From assembly GCA_041661265.1 (NCBI GenBank), contig JBAZUT010000001.1, forward strand, positions 197,310 to 261,309: a stretch of DNA of 64,000 nucleotides, written 5' to 3'. Position numbers and translations under genes: made by a program. The notes beneath the pieces are model-generated. The model worked only from the letters and a program-made list of their open reading frames with translations, was not told where the DNA came from and searched no databases. Shown here piece after piece: positions 17,737 through 25,203 of this stretch (position 1 is the stretch's first letter; every line of letters starts with the position of its first letter). This DNA is from Minisyncoccota bacterium. Its GTDB lineage: Bacteria; Patescibacteriota; Minisyncoccia; JAHIHE01; JAGLIN01.

Positions 17737-17993
17737 TTCTTTTTGCCATATAAGATCCTTTGAATGAACAAAACGAACCATAGGGTTCCATTTAAGATCG
17801 AAATTGCGGCGGAAGAATATAATCCGAGACTCCAGAAAGCAATGGACATGGCGAACAGGCCGACAAAGGTCGGGATCGAGGCTTGGAACTTTATGGGTCC
17901 AGTTTTTTCCTTAAAGCCATAATAAGCCTGAAAGATCAGTGAAACGGAAAAAAGCACGTTTGCAACTGATATAACACCGTCTTGCCAGATCAT
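17733..17993 (-). CDS. small membrane protein (3 TM, PQ-loop/SemiSWEET-like size)
   Basis: Hydrophobic 86-aa ORF translationally coupled to the HAD gene. Confidence 0.7.
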   Translation of the reverse strand: MIWQDGVISVANVLFSVSLIFQAYYGFKEKTGPIKFQASIPTFVGLFAMSIAFWSLGLYSSAAISILNGTLWFVLFIQRILYGKKK

Positions 17994-18184
17994 ATTTTTT
18001 TGGTTATTGGTAAATAAAAAATCTCTGCTGCTGCTCCATATATATTATATCGCAATAACGTATCGGTTTCAAACAAAACCATCACAAACATCATAAAATA
18101 TGGATCATGAAGACTAAACCTGTGACTTAGATCATTGACATCGTTTCCTTTTCCTGCTTTATTTATTATATTTCCAATATAAAA

Positions 18185-18448
18185 TTGGAAAAAGGAGGAA
18201 TCAACATACAAACCAAAGAAGAAAGACTTCTCAACACGATTAGTGAAATGTTTTATGCCGCACCGGCGCTTCTGCACCCGCTTGTGAGAAAATGCCATGA
18301 CGAAAACTTCGAAATACCCGCGGATATAAAAAATATTCTGGAAAAAAAAGGATTCATTATCGATGGAACAGTGCCCGAAAATATCAAGCAATTCATCGTC
18401 AAAAACATAAAAATAACCGGAAAAAACAGAATTTCCATGACAATGTAA
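18185..18448 (+). CDS. hypothetical protein (start possibly ATA at 18206)
   Basis: AAGGAGG SD lies inside the called ORF, 7 nt before an in-frame ATA. Confidence 0.6.
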   Translation: MEKGGINIQTKEERLLNTISEMFYAAPALLHPLVRKCHDENFEIPADIKNILEKKGFIIDGTVPENIKQFIVKNIKITGKNRISMTM

Positions 18449-18542
18449 GAGACCTTTGATATTATCTTTCAAAGGGCTTTTTTTGAAGAACACAAAAAAT
18501 ACCGCTCTCGTCATAGTGTGTCTTGTATGATAAGCTATTGAT

Positions 18543-19406
18543 ATGAAAAAGAAATGCAAAATCCGGCTGGCTTTGATCCTATTCGCAATTGCGGCGTTTT
18601 TATCCGCGTTCTTTGTGCTGTCCTATGATCCTCCGGAAAAAATAACCATAAATTACGACAATGGGGACAGAGGCAAAATAATTAAAAACAGTCCGCAGGG
18701 CGACAAGCCCTCCGGAGATAGCATTAAAAAAGAAAATACCGAGACGATCGATCGGCAAGCTACTGTTGAAAAATGGAAGGGAGAGGACATTTCCCGGATC
18801 AAGACGGATAAAAAATTCATCGCGCTGACATTTGACGGCGGAGCGAACGCGGATGGAGCTGGAAAGATATTATCTATTTTGAAAGATAACGGCATAAAAG
18901 GAACATTCTTCCTCACGGGAAAATTCATCGAAAAATATCCCGGTGAAACCGCAATGATATTCGCAAGCGGCGGCAATGTCGGAAATCATAGCTATTCCCA
19001 TCCGTATTTTACGAAATTAACAGGCGAGGAGATCAACACCGAGCTTGAAAAAACCGAAAATGCCCTTTTGAAATTGAATTTGGAATTCCATCCTTTTTTC
19101 CGCTTTCCATACGGCGACAGGAATAGGGAGACAATTTACGCCATAAATGGCAAAAATTACATCAGCATAAGATGGACAGTCGATTCCCTGGGATGGGAAG
19201 GAACCTCCGGCGGAATGACAAAGGAATCGGTCGAAAGCAGGGTCCTTTCAAAAGCCGCTGCCGGCGCAATCGTCCTGATGCACCTTGGGACCAATCCCGA
19301 CGACAAAACCCAACTTGATTCCGAGGCCCTGCCCGGAATAATCAGCGCATTAAAAACGCAAGGTTATGAATTTATGACAATGACGGAAATGCTTAATTAT
19401 AAATAA
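18543..19406 (+). CDS. polysaccharide deacetylase (NodB/CE4)
   Basis: ALTFDGG, TFFLTG, GNHSYSHP, FRFPYG, IVLMH; N-terminal anchor. Confidence 0.92.
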   Translation: MKKKCKIRLALILFAIAAFLSAFFVLSYDPPEKITINYDNGDRGKIIKNSPQGDKPSGDSIKKENTETIDRQATVEKWKGEDISRIKTDKKFIALTFDGGANADGAGKILSILKDNGIKGTFFLTGKFIEKYPGETAMIFASGGNVGNHSYSHPYFTKLTGEEINTELEKTENALLKLNLEFHPFFRFPYGDRNRETIYAINGKNYISIRWTVDSLGWEGTSGGMTKESVESRVLSKAAAGAIVLMHLGTNPDDKTQLDSEALPGIISALKTQGYEFMTMTEMLNYK

Positions 19407-19976
19407 ATGGGTGCTTTACCGACATCATTTTACGATCGCCCTACTGAAATTGTTGCCAAAGAACTTCTTGGCAGTTTTTTATGCAGAGAAATAGGCGGCA
19501 AGGTTGTTAAGGGCAAGATCGTAGAAACGGAAGCGTATCTGGGAGTAAAAGATCTCGCCTGCCACACCTCAAAGGGAAAAACTCCGAGAAATGAGGTTAT
19601 GTTCGGACCTCCTGGACGCGCCTATGTTTATTTCATATACGGCATGTATCACTGTTTCAATATTGTCTCAGAAAAAGAAGGAAATCCGTGTGCGGTTTTA
19701 ATAAGAGCGCTAGAACCGACAGTCTTCTGCTCCGACAACACAAAATATAAACAACTGAATGGTCCTGCAAAACTTTGCAGAGAATTTAAAATAGATAAAG
19801 AGTTGAACGGCTGGGACCTGACATCCGGAAAAAAGCTTTGGATCGAAGATGGCGAAAAAATAGGACCAGATCGGATAAAAAAATCCAAGCGTATCGGCGT
19901 GGATTATGCGGGAGCCTGGAAAGATAAATTGCTGAGATTCTATATCAAAAATAATGAGTATGTTTCAAAAAAATAA
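19407..19976 (+). CDS. DNA-3-methyladenine glycosylase (MPG/AAG family)
   Basis: IVETEAY, YVYFIYGMY, AVLIRALEP, NGPAKL, RIGV. Confidence 0.93.
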   Translation: MGALPTSFYDRPTEIVAKELLGSFLCREIGGKVVKGKIVETEAYLGVKDLACHTSKGKTPRNEVMFGPPGRAYVYFIYGMYHCFNIVSEKEGNPCAVLIRALEPTVFCSDNTKYKQLNGPAKLCREFKIDKELNGWDLTSGKKLWIEDGEKIGPDRIKKSKRIGVDYAGAWKDKLLRFYIKNNEYVSKK

Positions 19977-19999
19977 AGGCTTGGAGATCAAGCCTCTTT

Positions 20000-20188
20000 T
20001 TAATTTATGTAGCCAAGGTCTTTCCATGCAAAATAGGTATCGCACATGAACCATAGAGCGAAAACTCCCATAAAAACTATTCCCATTACCGCTTCTTGGA
20101 CTGATATATAGCCGATATTCAGCGCAAACTGCGCTCCCAAAACAAAAAGGCCATTTATCAGAACTACCATAATCAACAACGTCCTCAT
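20000..20188 (-). CDS. small membrane protein
   Basis: Two TM helices; GAGGTGA SD before ATG at 20188. Confidence 0.6.
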   Translation of the reverse strand: MRTLLIMVVLINGLFVLGAQFALNIGYISVQEAVMGIVFMGVFALWFMCDTYFAWKDLGYIN

Positions 20189-20343
20189 AATACTCTCACC
20201 TCTATAAAATTTTACCACTTAAACAACGAAAGTCAATGGACCCTGCTCTGCTAAGCTGCGAAGTACCGGCCCGTATGGTTCCGATAATGAAATAAAAAAG
20301 CGCGCTTATTGCCCGCTCTGTGTTCTGCAAAACCGATATGGTT

Positions 20344-20736
20344 TTATTCCATAAATACCTTTATAACATTCTTGATGTCCTCCTTCGTTTTTCCCCTTAT
20401 TTCTTTCGATACCTCGATCCTGGCCATAACACCCTTAAGGTATGCCTTAACCTCATTTTCATACCTTATCTCGGAAAGCGTATTCAGGATGTTCCTCAAG
20501 ATCTGAACATTCAGCATGCTTTCTTTCGTTTCATATATTTCCCTCTCAAGAATTTCTTCATGAAGCTCGATCAGGGTTTCAAGGCGCATGCATCTTTGTT
20601 CCCGATATCCCTTCAGCAGGATGCCGGTTATATTTCCTCCGCTTTTCACATTTTTGTTTATTTTCAGGTTCTGATACAGCAGATCCAGAACTTTATCTTT
20701 CAGTTCCGGAGGCGCATATTTGATCACTTCGATCAT
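20344..20736 (-). CDS. hypothetical protein
   Basis: GGAGG SD before ATG at 20736. Confidence 0.65.
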   Translation of the reverse strand: MIEVIKYAPPELKDKVLDLLYQNLKINKNVKSGGNITGILLKGYREQRCMRLETLIELHEEILEREIYETKESMLNVQILRNILNTLSEIRYENEVKAYLKGVMARIEVSKEIRGKTKEDIKNVIKVFME

Positions 20737-20919
20737 AATTTTCCTCCAAAAAGACAATAACAGTGAAATTGTATCCTGTCAACAATCCCAAAATATGCAA
20801 GGTCTTTCTCTCGATGACTTCATCGCTTCAATTCCGACGGATGTTCCCAGATTATAATCCCCCGGTAATCCTTGCCTTATGCTTTATTTGTGTTACAATG
20901 GCGAAAAAGGAGGGACTTA

Positions 20920-21123
20920 ATGCCGAGAGAAGAAAGTTTTGAAGACTGGTGGAACAGGACATATTTGGAAAATATCGAAGAAAAGATCAAGAACGGAACT
21001 CCGCTATCTGAATTGGAATGGAGCATCCATTCAACAAACCAAGATTGCAGAGGATCAGCAATCGTTTTTATAATATCATTTATAATAACCCCGCTTCTCC
21101 TCTATATCATCGTAATGACCTAA
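20920..21123 (+). CDS. small protein with a C-terminal TM helix
   Basis: AAGGAGGG SD; terminator AAGCACGG/CCGTGCTT after the stop. Confidence 0.6.
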   Translation: MPREESFEDWWNRTYLENIEEKIKNGTPLSELEWSIHSTNQDCRGSAIVFIISFIITPLLLYIIVMT

Positions 21124-21280
21124 TCAAGCACGGAAATAGCACCGTGCTTTTTCTATTTTTTAAAGACAGACCACATTAAAAAAACAAGTCATACGAATAA
21201 TATTACTCACGGTTTCCAATGAAGAAAGGATATCATTTTTCCATTCGCCTTGTGATATGACATAAACGCCAGTGAATCGC

Positions 21281-21856
21281 CTACTTTCGTCCAAGCTCTT
21301 TCAATGCCATCTTAATTCTTTCGCCGACATCCTTTATCTCGGGAGAAATTTCCGACAGCGCTTTCTTCGCCTGGAATGAGCTGTATCCCAGACTCACCAA
21401 AGCCTCAAAGGCATCAGAATGGTCGCTGATCTCCTTGCCTTTCTCCTCCGATCTGTCGACATCGGAAATTGAGAATTTGTTCTTGAGCTCCAAAATGATA
21501 CGCTCCGCCGTTTTTTTCCCGATCCCGGAAACGCGAGTCAGGATGCTTGAATCCTCTTTCGCGATCGCGATCTTGATCGTTCTCGAATCCGCAAGAGACA
21601 GTACACCGAGAGCCGTTTTCGGTCCGATCCCCGAAACAGAGATCAGATGCTCAAAAAGCTCCAGATCCCCATAATCCGGAAACCCGTAAAGAGTGAGCGC
21701 ATCTTCCCGGACGTTCAGATATGTGAAAAACTCCACCGTGTCTCCAATCTTGCTTGAATCGGACAAAGCGAACACCTTATATCCTATGTTTCCCGTAGAC
21801 ACAATGACAAACTTTTCTTTTTTCAGAATAACTTGCCCTTTTACGTATGAGATCAT
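21281..21856 (-). CDS. ruvA: Holliday junction branch migration protein RuvA
   Basis: MISYVKG, VREDALTLYGF, VSGIGPK, GIGKKTAERIILELK, ALVSLGY. Confidence 0.97.
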   Translation of the reverse strand: MISYVKGQVILKKEKFVIVSTGNIGYKVFALSDSSKIGDTVEFFTYLNVREDALTLYGFPDYGDLELFEHLISVSGIGPKTALGVLSLADSRTIKIAIAKEDSSILTRVSGIGKKTAERIILELKNKFSISDVDRSEEKGKEISDHSDAFEALVSLGYSSFQAKKALSEISPEIKDVGERIKMALKELGRK

Positions 21857-21917
21857 GTGCGTGAGTTAGGAATTACAGATTAAAAATCGGAAAATTGGAA
21901 CTGCACAAACGATCACC

Positions 21918-21952
21918 GTTTCATGTTCCATGTTTCACGTTTCATGTTTATA
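21918..21952. repeat. 7-bp tandem repeat (GTTTCAT)x4-5
   Basis: gtttcat gttccat gtttcac gtttcat gtttata. Confidence 0.7.
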
Positions 21953-22060
21953 TGATAATGCCATTTGACAATTCCAGCAAATTGTAATAGTATGCAATTA
22001 ACGTAAACGCTGGAATTTACACGAAATTAACCTAAATAATAATCTTAAAACTACAGAATT

Positions 22061-22360
22061 ATGCCAATGACACAATCTGCAAGGAAAGCCCTGAAGCAAA
22101 ACATAAAGAAAAGGGAGCGGAATCTCGCAAAAAGCAATCATATAAAAAAGCTCATGAAGGATCTCAACACATTTTTAAATAGTCTTGAAAAATCCTCGAA
22201 AAAAGTCACCGCCGAAAACAAGAAGGAAGCCTATGCGAAACTGTCGGAAGTATATCAGGCAGTCGACAAGGCCGTGAAAAAGGGAGTTTTGAAAAAGAAT
22301 ACCGCTGCAAGAAAGAAATCAAACCTCGCCCAGAAGATCAATAAGATCGAGAAAAAATAA
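22061..22360 (+). CDS. rpsT: 30S ribosomal protein S20
   Basis: SARKALKQ, DKAVKKGVLKKNTAARKKS. Confidence 0.95.
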   Translation: MPMTQSARKALKQNIKKRERNLAKSNHIKKLMKDLNTFLNSLEKSSKKVTAENKKEAYAKLSEVYQAVDKAVKKGVLKKNTAARKKSNLAQKINKIEKK

Positions 22361-22424
22361 TAAGGCAGTTATAATATAGAAAACAAAAAGACGTACCCAA
22401 AAAAACAAAACGAGGAATAGACCC

Positions 22425-22454
22425 AAACAAACCGCCCAAAAGGCGGTTTGTTTT
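22425..22454. terminator. bidirectional terminator between rpsT and holA
   Basis: AAACAAACCGCC-caaaa-GGCGGTTTGTTT. Confidence 0.8.
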
Positions 22455-22471
22455 ATATCCAAAAATATTTT

Positions 22472-23560
22472 TTATGCGATCGATACGACCAGAAGATCAA
22501 GGGCCAATCCGGACTCCATCTTCCCCGTCTTTATGGCGACATCGGCGTCATAGAGCTTCCGATAGATCTTCTTCAGGTCCGGCAGCTTGAAATTACGGCA
22601 CTGCTCGATGGTTTTTTTCACGACAAAGGGATGCATTTTGGCTCTCTGGGCCACCTGAGAATCAGAAAGACCTTCTTCCAAAAGATCTTTTATGATAAGC
22701 AGATTCCGGAATTGCCTGATCAGCATTGTCAAAATGTATATCTCATTCACTCCCTTCTCGATCTGCATATTAAGCATGAGTATCGCTTTTTGCCTGTCTC
22801 TCCGGCTTATGCTGTCTGTCAGGCTGAAAATATTCATATCCACCTTGGACCTCACAAGAAGTTCGACATCCTCTTTCGTGATATCCCTTTCTTCGGCAAA
22901 GCAAACGAGCTTCCCGATCTCGTTGTCCGCCTCCCAGAGATTATAGGACTGCGTGACCTTCTTGTTCCTGTCGCGCTGGGAAAAGCCTTTTCCGAGCGAT
23001 ACGGAAAGAATGTCCAGAGCGTCTTTCTTGATATTTCCTCCGCTTTTTTCTATCCTTTGCCAGATCCACGCGTCAAAACTGCGATCAACGGGAAGCAGGA
23101 ATTCCTTCAATTCCGCCATCCCCTCTTTTTCAAGACGCACAAGCTCTTTGTAGGTTTTTTTTCTCTGGTCCACGCTCTCCTCGATGATGAACAGTTCGAT
23201 GCCGTCTTTGGGTTTTGCAAAATATTTCAGTATCATATCGTCTTTTGCACTGCCTTTATCTTCATCCGTTTCATCCTCAGAATATCCTTTTTCTTTCTTC
23301 TTCTTTGAAACTGAAAGGACATTTTTCAGGATCAGCAGTTTATCGGAACTGAAAAGCGAATCGGATGAAAGGCCGACCTGGAGCCGGGACATCTTTTCCC
23401 GCTCATCGGCAGAGTCATATTTCCAATCGATCTGGTAAATATTCATAGCGCCATGTTTTTTTGCAAAATCGGCTTTCCTTTTTGCGAGTTCTTCGGAAAT
23501 ACTAAAATCGTCCTCCCCGAACCAGAAATGAATTGTTTTTTTATCTTCGTCCTTTGGCAT
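22472..23560 (-). CDS. holA: DNA polymerase III subunit delta
   Basis: FGEDDF, SLFSSDKLLILKN, NEIGKL, NIFSLTD, MHPFVV, DVAIKTG; adjacent to rpsT. Confidence 0.9.
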   Translation of the reverse strand: MPKDEDKKTIHFWFGEDDFSISEELAKRKADFAKKHGAMNIYQIDWKYDSADEREKMSRLQVGLSSDSLFSSDKLLILKNVLSVSKKKKEKGYSEDETDEDKGSAKDDMILKYFAKPKDGIELFIIEESVDQRKKTYKELVRLEKEGMAELKEFLLPVDRSFDAWIWQRIEKSGGNIKKDALDILSVSLGKGFSQRDRNKKVTQSYNLWEADNEIGKLVCFAEERDITKEDVELLVRSKVDMNIFSLTDSISRRDRQKAILMLNMQIEKGVNEIYILTMLIRQFRNLLIIKDLLEEGLSDSQVAQRAKMHPFVVKKTIEQCRNFKLPDLKKIYRKLYDADVAIKTGKMESGLALDLLVVSIA

Positions 23561-23605
23561 AATAATATATCTTTATAGGATTTCTATATCTTCCATCCAT
23601 TCCAT

Positions 23606-23845
23606 AAAAAATCAAAATGTAAATATCAAAAATAAAAATGACAGATCAAAATGATAAAAAGCTTGCATTTAATAACCAATAATCAAGAAACAAACACCAA
23701 ACAAACTTCAATTACCAAATGAACATAATGCGGAGGGTTTGATTATTACAAATTGGTTATTGTCTGATTATTGTATCTTGATGTTTGGTGATTTTAAATT
23801 TTACATTATCATTTTCCATTTTGATATTTGATCTTTTCATTTTCG
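23606..23845. repeat. nested imperfect inverted repeats with strong strand asymmetry
   Basis: A-rich left arm (atcaaaatg.., aataaccaat, caccaaaca) mirrored by a T-rich right arm (attggttatt, tgtttggtg, cattttgat). Confidence 0.7.
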
Positions 23846-24919
23846 TCACTCGACGCTCCACGCCACTTTCTGATTCGGCTGGACGACCTGGATCCAGATC
23901 TTGCCCCTCACAAACTTAACTTCTTCTCCGGATTCGTTATAGAAAAATATCTTGCTTTTTTGGTCTCCGCTGTCTTTCTTCCACGTGCCCTTTATTTCCC
24001 ATCCGTTCTGATAGATGATTGCATCCCCCTTTCCTTCTATGTCCATGTCATTATATTGCCCATCAACCTGCCTGGACGCTGCGAACATGATCACAACATC
24101 CTTCGCTTCGATCTGCTGCCCGGTCAATTTGTCCACATCTTTTTTATCCCCCTTGAACCTGAAATATGAATTTGTCTTGGAATCATAATCATAATCAACC
24201 TTGAAAATGGAAGGGTATCCTATGGTCAACTTTCCGTTTTTCCCCTGCGGATTCTCTTCATCATAGAATTTATAGCTTTCAAAAATGCTTTCCTGCCGAT
24301 AGCCCATTCTTTTCGCATAATCCGCCATCCTTTCAATGGTCGTAAATCCGTCATGGGGCTTTGGAGGCCCCGCTTTCCTATAGAAAACGCTTCCATCGAG
24401 ATAAAGGGCGTTGATATTGTCCATGATCTTATTGTCCAGTTTTTCCAAAGCCAGATAGGATCCTCCCCAATGCGCATATATGGCATCGAATCCCATGGCA
24501 AGCGGTATGAAATCATGCCGGGAACTTCTTATGCTTCCGATCTCTTTGGGATCATTGCAGACAAAAACAGCCATGTATCTTGTTATGCTGTCGGTGATCA
24601 CCGGCATTTCAACAACAATGTCAGCATCGGCGATCCCCGAGAGAGGCCACGCCTCAAGATCCCCCGCCATCATGACCGCAAAGGGGCGCCTCTTCGCGTT
24701 GTCGCACTCGGTTCCCGTGTAGGGATTGGCATCCTTTTTCGGTTCCTCGGCCTCGTCTTCCTCCGGATTCGGATTTTGCGCCGGCGTATCCGTGCCGTCA
24801 TTCTCTATGCTGATCGATCTGTCCCCCATCCAGCTTTGCGGATTGGAGGCGAAAACACCGGTTGCAAGAAGCGCAAAGGAAGCCAAAACTATCATTATCT
24901 TTTTCTTTTTCTCCGCCAT
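23846..24919 (-). CDS. DUF3048 (YerB-like) exported protein
   Basis: RPFAVM, GIADADIVVE, ITRYMAVF, IGSIRSSR, AHWGGS, PHD, GKIWIQVV. Confidence 0.88.
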   Translation of the reverse strand: MAEKKKKIMIVLASFALLATGVFASNPQSWMGDRSISIENDGTDTPAQNPNPEEDEAEEPKKDANPYTGTECDNAKRRPFAVMMAGDLEAWPLSGIADADIVVEMPVITDSITRYMAVFVCNDPKEIGSIRSSRHDFIPLAMGFDAIYAHWGGSYLALEKLDNKIMDNINALYLDGSVFYRKAGPPKPHDGFTTIERMADYAKRMGYRQESIFESYKFYDEENPQGKNGKLTIGYPSIFKVDYDYDSKTNSYFRFKGDKKDVDKLTGQQIEAKDVVIMFAASRQVDGQYNDMDIEGKGDAIIYQNGWEIKGTWKKDSGDQKSKIFFYNESGEEVKFVRGKIWIQVVQPNQKVAWSVE

Positions 24920-24978
24920 TTTTTTATTTAAAACTTATTTTATATAAGTAGTTCCTATTGAAATAGTATGATGTTGGC

Positions 24979-25116
24979 TGTATTGCGAGGAGGTACGATC
25001 CCGATATTCATCGGGACAAGCTCCGCAATCTCTGAGATAAGCCGAAAAAATTATAGAATAAGGCATAATTTGCATAGTATCGGGATTGCCACGGCTCTGC
25101 TGAGCCTCGCAATACA
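24979..25116. repeat. palindromic REP/RPE-like element
   Basis: 12-bp terminal IR TGTATTGCGAGG/CCTCGCAATACA; internal GCAATCTC/GGGATTGC and TCCCGAT/ATCGGGA hairpin. Confidence 0.75.
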
Positions 25117-25203
25117 CTTGAAATCATCATTATTTCAACAGAAACTAATTTATTATTACTTCTATATTATATAATAGGCCATGGACAAATACAACCTGAA
25201 AAG

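Noticed and set aside
17990-18559. 189-aa minus-strand ORF
   Set aside because: Phe-rich antisense shadow of the 18185-18448 gene and flanking intergenic DNA
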